Shown: one piece after another, positions 54,801 to 64,000 of the stretch
How positions within the stretch are numbered: the stretch's first letter is position 1
Layout of the letters: each line of letters begins with the position of its first letter
DNA from: the human T2T-CHM13v2.0 reference genome, Homo sapiens
DNA: 64,000 bases
NCBI RefSeq assembly: GCF_009914755.1
Contig: NC_060931.1
Reading direction: 5' to 3' (one strand)
The notes under the pieces: generated by a model
The model's input: the letters and a program-made list of their open reading frames with translations, nothing else
Told to the model about the DNA's origin: nothing
Databases searched by the model: none
Position numbers and translations under genes: made by a program

Positions 54801-57800
54801 CCAAAGCAGTGAAAAAAAGACAAAGGAGGGCATTATATAGTGATAAAGAGTTTGATTTGACAAGATTTAGCTATGCTAAATGTATATTCACCCAAAGTCA
54901 GAGCACTTAGATTTATAAAACAACTACTACTAGACTTACTAAAAGGGATAGATGGTCATACAATAGACAGCCTGTCAATAGAGATAGTCATGCAATTATA
55001 GTAAGGAACTTTAATACCCCACTTACAGCACTAGACAAATCACTGAGGCGGAAAACTAACAAAGAAACTTTGAATGTAAATTAGACTCTTGACAAAATGA
55101 ACCTAATAAACATCTACAGAAGACTTCACCCAGCAACCACAGAATAAACTTTTTTTCACATCTGTGCATAAAACATTCTCTACAATTGATCACGTGCTCT
55201 GTTATAAAGCAAGTCTCAATAAATTAAAAAAAGAACCTGAAATCATGTCAAGCATGTCCTTGGACCACAGTAGAATAAAATTAAAAATCAATTCCAAGAG
55301 GAAACCTCAAAAACCACACAGTACATGGGAACAAAACAACTTGCTCCTGAATGACTTTTGGGTAAGCAAAAAAATTAACCAGAAACCAAAAAATTTTTGA
55401 AACAAATGAAAATAGAGATAAAACATATGCAAACCTCTGGGATCCAGAAAAAAGCAGCATTAACAGGAAAGTTTATCATGCTAAATGCCTACATAAAAAG
55501 TTAGAAATATCTCAAATTAATAGCACTAACATCATACCTAAAGGAATTAGAAAAACAAGAACAAACCAAATCCAAGGCCAGTAGAAGAAAATACATAATG
55601 AAGATTAGAGCAGAACCAAATGAAATTGAGACCGAAAAAGCCATACAAAAGATTAATGAAACAAAAAGTTGCCTCTTCAAAAGGATAAATAAAATTGACT
55701 GATAGCCAGATTAGCTAAGAAAAAAAGAGAAAAGAGTCAGATAAGTATAATCAGAAGTGACAAAGGTGACAATACAACTGATACCAGAGAAATATAAAAG
55801 ATCTTCAGAAACTACTAATGACATCTATGCACAAAACCTAGAAAATCTAGAGGAAATGGATAAATTACTGAAAACACTCAATTCCCTACTATGAACATCT
55901 GTGCACATAAACTAGAAAATTTAGAGGAAGTGGATAAATTCCTGAAAACATTCAGCTCCCTACTGTGAACAACTGTGCACATAAACTAGACAATTTAGAG
56001 GAAGTGGATAAATTCCTGAAAACACTCAACTCCCAAGCTTGAACCAAAGAAATAAAAATCCTGAACAGACTAATAATGAGTTATGAAAATGAATCAATAA
56101 TAAATCTACCAACCAAAACCAGCAGTGAACCAAACAGATTCATAGCTGAATTCTATTAGATGTTCAAAGAAGAACTGGTACCAATCTTACTGAAACTATT
56201 CCAAAAAACCAAGGAGGAGGAATTCCTACCTAACTTATTCTACAAAACCAGTATGATGTTGATACCAAAATCTGGCCAGGACACAACAAAAAAAGAACAT
56301 TACAGGCCAATATCTCTGACTAGCACAGATGCAAAATCCTCAACAAAATATTACCAAACCAAATCCAACAGTATGTCAAAAAGATAATTCATCATGATCA
56401 AGTGGGTCTTATTCCTGGAATGCAAGGATTGTTCAACACATGCAAAACAATAAATGTGGTTAGCCACATAAGCAGAATCAAAAGCAAAAACCATACGATC
56501 ATTTCAATAGATTCAGAAAAAGCATTTGATAAAATTCAACATCTCTTCATGATGAAATCCCAAACAAACTAGGCATTGAATGAACATACCTCAAAATAAC
56601 AAGAGCCATTTATGACAAACCCACAACCAACATCATACAGAATGGACAAAAGTTGAAAGAATTCCTCCTAAGAGCTAGAAAAAGACAAGGATGTCCACTC
56701 TTACTACTCCTATTTCACAAAGTACTGGTAGTCCTAGCCAGAGCAATCAGATGAGAGAAAGAAATACAAGGCATCCAAATAGGAAAAGAGGAAGTAAAAT
56801 TATCTCTGTTTGCTGACAACATGATTCTATACCTAGGAATTCCTAGAGATTCCTTCAAAAGACTTCTAGACCTGATAAACAAATTCAGTAAAGTTTTGGG
56901 ATACGAAATCAGTGAACAAAAATTAGTGGGATTTCTATACACCAATAATTTTCAAATCAAGAACAAAATCAAGAACCCAATTTCATTTACAATAGCCTCA
57001 CACACAAAATACAATACTTAGGAATATATTTAACCAAGGAGGTGAAAGACCTTTACACAGAAAACCACAGAACATTGATGAAAGAAATTACAGATGACAC
57101 AAACAAATGGAAAATCATTCCATGCTCATGGATAGAAAGGATCAATATTGTTAAAATGACCATAATGCCCAAAGCTGTCTATAGATTCAATGCAATTATT
57201 ATCAAATTACCAGTGTGTTTTTTCACAGAATTAGAAAAAAAAATCCCAAAGTTCTTATGGAACCAAAAAGAGCCTGAATAGCCAACGCAATTCTAATCAA
57301 GCAGAGAAACAAACAAACAAACAACCCCCACCCCCCAAAAAAGCAAAAGCAAAAGCAAAGCCAAAAACAAACCAAAAACAACCACAAAAAAAACCAAAGC
57401 TGGAGCCATCTCTTTACCAGACCTTGGACTGTAGTATAAGGCTGTAGTAATCAGAACAGCATAGTACTGCTACAAAAATAGACACACAGATCAATGGAAC
57501 AGAACAGAAAACCCAGATATAAAGCCACACACTTAACAACTAACTGATCTTCAAAAATGTTGACAAAGATAAGCAATGAGGAAAGGACTCCCTATTCAAT
57601 AAATGGTGCTGGGAAACTGGCTAGTGATATGCAGAAGAATGAAATTGGACCCCTAGTTATTACTGTATACAAAAGTTAACTCAAGATGGATTTAAGACTT
57701 AAATGTAAGACTTAACTATAAAAATCCTAGAAGTAAACCTAGGAAAAACTCTTCTGGAAATTGGCCTATGCAAATCATTTATTGCTAAGACCTCAAAAGA

Positions 57801-58842
57801 AAATAGAACAAAAACAAAAATAGACAAATGGGACTTAATTAAACTAAAAACATTCTGCACAGCAAAAGAAACAACAGATTAAACAGACAGCCTACAGAAT
57901 GAAAGAGTATAGCAAACTATTCATCCAACAGATTAATATCGAGAATCTATAAGGAACTTCAATAAACAAGAAAAGAAAAAAGTAACTTCATTGAAAAGTG
58001 ACAAAGAACATGAACAGACATTTCTCTTGTATGTAGAAGACATACAAGCAGCTAACAAACATGTAAAAAGATGCTCAACATCTGGAATCAGCAGAGAAAT
58101 GCAAATCAAAACTGCAATGAAATGTTTATCTTACTCTAGTCAAAATGGCATTATCAAAAAATCAAACAATAACAGATGTTGGTGAGGATGCAGAGAAAAG
58201 GGGTCATTTATACACTTGTGGGAATGTTAAGGAGTTCAACCCTTATGGGAAACAGTATGGAGATTTTGCAAAGAACTGAAAACAGAACTACCATTTGACC
58301 CAGAAATCCCACAACTGGGTATCTTCCCAAGGAAAATAAATCATGTTATCAAAAAGACACTTGCACTTGTATGTTTGTTGCAGTACTATTCATAATGGCG
58401 AAGTCATGGAATCAATCTAAGTGACCGACAACAGTGGATTAGATTTAAAAAATGTGGCACATATACACCGTAGAATACTACACAGCCATATAAAGAATGA
58501 AATTTTGCAGCAGCGTGGACATAGTTGGAGGCCACTGTGCTAAGTGAATTAACATTTAAACAGAAAATCAAATACTACACCATCTCACCTATAAGAGAGA
58601 GCCAAGCAATAAGTACACAGGGTTATACATATGAAAATGATAGATACAGGGAACTCCAAAATTGGGGAGAGAAGCCTGGGGGAAAGGGCTGAAAAACTAC
58701 CTATTGGGTACAATGTTAAATATTTGGGTGATAGGTTCACTAGAAGCCAAAAACGCAGCATTATACAGTACACCCATGCCACAAACCTGCACAGCTATCC
58801 CCTGAATGTAAAAACAAAGAGAAAACTAAGTAAGCAAAGCAT
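51867..58842 (+). mobile_element. Near-full-length inactive L1 (L1PB3/4-like)
   Basis: GC-richer 5' UTR, ORF1 remnant ~53280-54470, ORF2 from ~54546 (atgacagga) with FADNM RT motif near 56810, 3' UTR aaaactacctattgggtacaatgtt; many stops and frameshifts; candidate TSD aaaatgagac / aaaatgggac. Confidence 0.92.
55812..56034 (+). repeat. Tandem repeat, 3 x 74 bp, inside L1 ORF2
   Basis: Units start at 55812, 55886 and 55960 (ctact..aacatct..ctagaaaat..gaggaa..ggataaatt..ctgaaaaca..tccc). Confidence 0.95.
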
Positions 58843-59140
58843 AAAAATGGGACCAATAATATCTTCTTTTTATTAGTTTTGATTGTTCTAAAGGTAAGAA
58901 GGGATGGCACATAAAGTGCCTATCAAATATTGCTCGGTTCATGATAAGAATAGTAATAATGGTAGTCACAAAAAGAGTCATAACTTCAACAACAATGATG
59001 ATGATGACAACTAGAGCAATTAAGATATTTATTATAGCTTTGAGAAGATTTTAGAATTTTATGAAGTCATTTTTCAAGTAGTGTAAGCTTTCTGTTTGGC
59101 AAAAGGTTTTGCTTCCTTTATGTTATAATAATGGATCTTT

Positions 59141-59263
59141 TGCCAGGCATGGTGGCTCACGACTGTATTTCCAGCTACTTGGGAGACTGAAGTGGGAGGA
59201 TTGCTTGAGTCTGGGAGTTCAAGACCAGACTAGGCAACATAGTGAGACCCATATAAAAAAAAA
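59141..59263 (+). mobile_element. FLAM_A-like Alu monomer
   Basis: gccaggcatggtggctcac..ccagctacttggga..ggcaacatagtgagaccc plus A-tail. Confidence 0.85.
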
Positions 59264-59489
59264 GATTTTTCAATTCAAAGTTAATGTTACTAAACATATC
59301 AAAAATTGTTTAGTCTTATGCTCTGTGTGGACATGGAAAATAAAAGATGAATAGTGAATTTGTTTTCTTTTTAAAAAAGTTGTATAGACATCAAGACACT
59401 CCCACCCTTTTTTGAGTAGCTGTATCACTTTTGAGATTCTGCACGTATATTGAGAAGCTCAAAATAAAAAGCCTGGTTTATAGAATTTT

Positions 59490-60030
59490 TAGTGGTGAGG
59501 ACCAAGTTAGAGCTGGCTAGAAGGTTCCCTGCCAAGAGAACTGCAGATGAGCGATTCCCTAGATTAGCACTGAAGTGGGAATAGGGGAAGTGTTTCCAAC
59601 TGCCTAAGATAAAAAAGCTGAAGCTTAAACATTTTTAATGTTCAGAAAGCTGACACAAGATTACCAGTGCTATACAAATTAAATTATTTTCTTATTTTCT
59701 TACTCCTGTGCTTGCCCCCAATGTCTACTCCAAAGGACCAGCAGAAATCTTGCAATCTGGGATAGAAGGAGTGAAACTAAAATGGAAAAAGAGTAATCTG
59801 ATTACTCCCACCCTTCCTGACTCCTACATATCCCATCTAGGATTTTAAACCAAGATTAAAGTTTTTCAATTGTATGGTCATGGGCATTTAAATCATTAAA
59901 CAAGTCTTTATTTTGTGGTGTGGAATGACTGTATACAGTTTGTTTTGCCTAGCAGGGAAGAGAAAAGTCAGTGCATCTGCCTGAGTTTTCATTTAGAGAG
60001 GTAAGAGAAGAATTGGTTCTACTACTAAAC
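59490..60030 (+). mobile_element. Ancient LTR remnant (MamGypLTR-like)
   Basis: Degenerate; tttaaaccaagattaaagtttt..ggcattt..gaatgact..ctgcctgagttttcat. Confidence 0.35.
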
Positions 60031-60099
60031 ATATCTTTATTCTCTTTCCAAATAATACAAGGACTCCAGAAGATTGAATTCCCCAGTGGACAAGTCTTT

Positions 60100-60457
60100 G
60101 TTATGAATATTTTAATTTTATTATATTGCCTGCTCTTTTGTAGTTGGATGGAGTTACATGACTAATTCTGACCAATGGGCTATGATTGGAAGTGGTGACA
60201 TATGTACTTCTATGTATATTCCCATGTGTTTTCTTTCCCAACCATGACATCTTGAGAGACTATATGTTTCAGTTGTACAGCTGCATGAAGACGGAACTCT
60301 ATTAGCCTTGGTACCACTGTGACTTTTTGGAGCAGATTCTCTTAGTGACTGTTGTTGGTTATGTAGTTTGAGTGAAAAAAAGACCTCGTTATGTTAAGCC
60401 ACTGAGCTTTCGGGGTTGATGTATTGCCCTAATATAACTAGCCTGTTCTGAATAACA
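60100..60457 (+). mobile_element. MLT1J/I-like LTR
   Basis: catgactaattctgaccaatggg..gttatgttaagccactgag..actagcctgttctgaataaca. Confidence 0.7.
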
Positions 60458-60585
60458 AATACACAAATATATCATTTTTTTACGCTCTTCATTCTTTCTT
60501 GCATCTCAGATTTTCCATTTAGGGTTACTTTCCTTTCCTCTGAAGTACATCTATTATCTCCTTTGATGTATGTTTATTGGTAGTA

Positions 60586-61059
60586 GAGTAGTTCCCCTTT
60601 ATTCACAGGGCATGTTCCAAGACCTCCAGTGGATGCCTGAAACCACAAATAGAACTGAGCCCTAGATATGCTATGTTTTTCCCTATACTTGAATATTTAT
60701 AATAAAGCTTATAAATTAGACACAGTAAAAGATTAACAACAATAATAAAATAGAACAATTATCAGCAATTTACTGTCATAAAAGTTATGTGAATGTGGCC
60801 TCTGTCTCTCAAAACGTGTTATTGTACCGTCTGTACCCGCCCTTCTTCTTGTAATGACGTGAGATGAAATGACTATGTGATTGAGATGAATTGATGAAAC
60901 AGGATGGAAAGAGGTTTCATCACACCACCTAGAATGGCATGCAATTAAAAAATTGTAAATAGTTTGTTTCTGGAATTTTCCATTTAATATTTTCTGACCA
61001 TGATTCACTGTGGGTGATGGAAGCCGTGGAAAGTGAAACACTGGATAAGAGGACTACTC
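60586..61059 (-). mobile_element. MER44 (Tigger7-derived, MER44B-like)
   Basis: TIRs gagtagttcccctttattc / ggataagaggactactc with TA flanks; tttctggaattttccatttaatatttt block. Confidence 0.88.
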
Positions 61060-62177
61060 TACATATTTTGTTGATCTTTACATATGTAAAACCTAGTTGA
61101 CTAAACTGAGAGTGCTTAAATTCCCACAGTGTTTGTGTTTGCTTTTGCTAGAGCCAGGTGATGTTCCCCGTCTTATGCTACTCCAGCCCCTTCTACCATC
61201 ACTGATTCAATCCTAAAATTTTAGGTTGTGTGTTTTCAACTAATTAACACTTTTATATCAGCATTTGTTTCAGGGTAACTCCACCTGTTATGTGTTCTCA
61301 AAGTTTACCTAGAGTTTACAAAATCTTTCAGCACTGCATCTTTGTCACATTAGTGGGTAAAGTATGAGGTCCCAGCCCTTCTCCCTAACCACTTTATCTT
61401 TTTGCTCTGCATATTTGAGGAACATTACACATGACTTCTCTCTGGGCCTCACGGGAGAAAAGAGTGTCTTAAAAATTTATAAAGCTTTTGAAGTTCTAAA
61501 ACCTTGGAATTGGAAGATTAGAAATTTTTACTACCTTGTGTAATTTTATTTTGATATGTTAAGTTTCTTGATTACTTCCTTCTTGAAAAATTTATAACCT
61601 CCTACATGGAGGAGAACTCAGAGATCATTTTGTAAAATAATTTCAATTTAAAGATGAGGAAGTGTGAGCTTGTTGTGTTAATGTGGCTTGCCAAGATCAC
61701 ACAGAGGGAAACACAGGCTTGCTATGTTTTACCTGAGAGAAAGTTAGAGAGACTGATTAAATTTAGGCTTTAGACTATTTATCACTGAGTAGCAGCCTCT
61801 TTACCTCAATACTTAGTTGATTAAAATCCAAAAGTTTCCAGTAGCCTTTAAATATCAAGGAATGGACCACTGAGCTAAACAAACGCTGGAAACAAGTTTC
61901 AGAGAGTGTTTCCATTTTATATAATTAGTTGTTTCAAAAACTAAGGGAATCAACTTTTAGACTCCCATGCTAGTAGTGACTATGACAGTGTCAGCAGGGG
62001 GCAGCCAGCTCCTAAAATTTGGAAACATGCTTCCTTCTTGTCTTTTCTGTTTAAGTTTCCAAATCAGGCTTTATAAAATCAAGTTTCATAAAACACTTTA
62101 TGAAATAGTGATACTGCTTGGTTAAATATAAGAAGAACATTCTGCTTTAACTTCAGCTATTCCAAGGCCAACTGGTA

Positions 62178-62411
62178 CACTGAAAGTCAATTCTGACACT
62201 AACCACCCAGAGATAGTGTCAAACCAGACAAATTTAAGGCCAGGGTCCCCAACAAGACCACCCCCACTTTAGATGCCAGACACAAGTTAAGGGGGTTCTC
62301 AGGTTACCTACACTTCTGATTAACTGGGTGTAAAGTTGGGGATTCCAATGACTCCCTTCAGATGTAATAATTCACAGGAATGACTCAGAGAACTCAGGAA
62401 AGTGCTGTATT
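62178..62411 (-). mobile_element. MER77/MER21-family LTR fragment, cut by the adjacent L1
   Basis: caattctgacactaaccacc..gaatgactcagagaactcaggaaagtgct. Confidence 0.75.
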
Positions 62412-64000
62412 TTTTTATCTTTTTTGTAAAATTATACTTTAAGTTCTAGGGTACATGTGCACAATGTGCATGTTTGTTACATAGGTATACATGTGCCATG
62501 TTGGTTTGCTGCACCCATCAACTCATCATTTATATTAGGTATTTCTCCTAATGCTAATCCTTCCCCCAGCCCCCACCCCCCAACAGGCCCTGGTGTGTGA
62601 GTGATGTTCCCCTCCTTTTGTCCCTGTGTTCTCATTGTTCAACTCCCACTTACGAGCGAGAACGTGCAGTGTTTGGTTTTCTCTTCTTGTGTTACTCTGC
62701 TGAGAATAATGGTTTCCAGTTTCATCCATGTCCCTGCAAAGGACATGAACTCATCCCTTTTCATGGCTGCATAGTATTCCATGGTGTATACATGACACAT
62801 TTTCTTTATCCAGTCTATAATTGATGGGCATTTGGATTGGTTCCAAGACTTTGCTATTGTGAACAGTACTGCATTAAACATACATGTGCCTGTGTCTTTA
62901 TAGTAGAATTATTTATAATCCTTTGGGTATATACCCAGTAATAGGATTGCTGGGTCAAATAGTATTTCTAGTTCTAGATCCTTGAGGAATCGCCACACTG
63001 TCTTCCACAATGGTTGAACTAATTTACACTCCCAGCAACAGTGTGAAAGTGTTCCTATTTCTCTACATCCTCTCCAGCATCTGTTGTTTCCTTACTTTTT
63101 AATGATTGCCATTCTAACTGGCATGAGATGATATCTCATTGTGGTTTTGATTTGCATTTCTCTTATGACCAGTGATGATGAGCATTTTTTCATATGACTG
63201 TTGGCTGCATAAATGTCTTGTTTTGAGAGGTGTCTGTTCATATACTTTGCCCACTTTTTGATGGGGTTTTTTGGGTTTTTTTTCTTGTAAATTTGTTTAA
63301 ATTCTTTGTAGATCTGGATATTAGCCCTTTGTCAGATGGATAGATTGCAAAAATTTTCTCCAAATCTGCAGGTTGCCTGTTGACTCTGCTGATAGTTTCT
63401 TTTGCTGTGCAGAAGCTCTCTAGTTTAATTGGATCTCATTTGTCTATTTTGGCTTTTGTTGCCATTGCTTTTGGTGTTTTAGTTATGAAGTCTTTGCCCA
63501 TGCCTACGTCCTGAATGGTATTACCTAGGTTTTCTTCTAGGGTTTTTATGGTTTTAGGTCTTATATTTAAGTCTTTAATCCATCTTGAGTTAATTTTTGT
63601 ATAAGGTGTAAGGAAGGGATCCAGTTTCAGCTTTCTGCATGTGGCTAGTCAGTTTTCACAGCACCATTTATTAAACAGGGAATCCTTTGCTCATTGCTTG
63701 TTTTTGACAGGTTTGTCAAAGACTAAATGGTTGTAGATGTGTGGTGTTATTTCTGAGGCCTCTGTTCTGTTCCATTGGTCTATATATCTGTTTTGGTACC
63801 AGTACCATGCTGTTTTGGTTACTGTAGCCTTGTAGTATAGTTTGAAGTCTGGTAGTGTGATGCCTCCAGCTTTGTTCTTTTGGCTTAGGATTGTCTTGGC
63901 AATGTGGGCTCTTTTTTGGTTCCATATGAAATTTAAAGTAGTTTTTTCCATTTCTGTGAAGAAAGTCAGTGGTAGCTTGATGGGGATAGCATTGAATCTA
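62412..64000 (-). mobile_element. L1PA (L1PA7-like) 3' UTR and ORF2 end, running off the window
   Basis: attatactttaagttctagggtacatgtgcaca; ORF2 peptide [37 protein letters not shown]. Confidence 0.95.

Noticed and set aside
55812-56034. CRISPR-like array
   Set aside because: Head-to-tail units without unique spacers, L1-derived, in primate DNA
57300-57398. A/C-rich insert in L1 ORF2 as a captured sequence
   Set aside because: Low-complexity slippage expansion of an A-rich tract (aaac, caaaag units)

Overview
AT-rich, CpG-depleted primate (very likely human/great-ape) genomic DNA, mostly interspersed repeats, with no CpG island, no recognisable protein-coding gene and no structural RNA gene. 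It looks like gene desert or deep intron. Contents: two near-full-length dead L1s (L1MA-type, minus, ~24.4-31.7 kb; L1PB-type, plus, ~51.9-58.8 kb), many truncated L1s including a young L1PA2-like 3' end, a complete two-LTR THE1 element nested in Tigger3 nested in L1, an old two-LTR MLT1 element, many solo LTRs, Alus, MIR/L2, and DNA transposons (Tigger3, MER30, MER44, MADE1). The ORF-track entries I can assign are repeat-derived; the rest look like chance ORFs. I found no new gene system. The best unexplained signal is a set of fossil DNA-repair/template-switch scars: three short segments copied from donors ~1.4 kb away (13.9, 50.3, 53.5 kb), an apparent gene conversion between the arms of one Alu, and symmetric changes in transposon inverted repeats. 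There is also a MER50/HERV-FRD env remnant matching the syncytin-2 cytoplasmic tail and reading past its stop. Subfamily names come from recalled consensus sequences; boundaries without a stated TSD are approximate.
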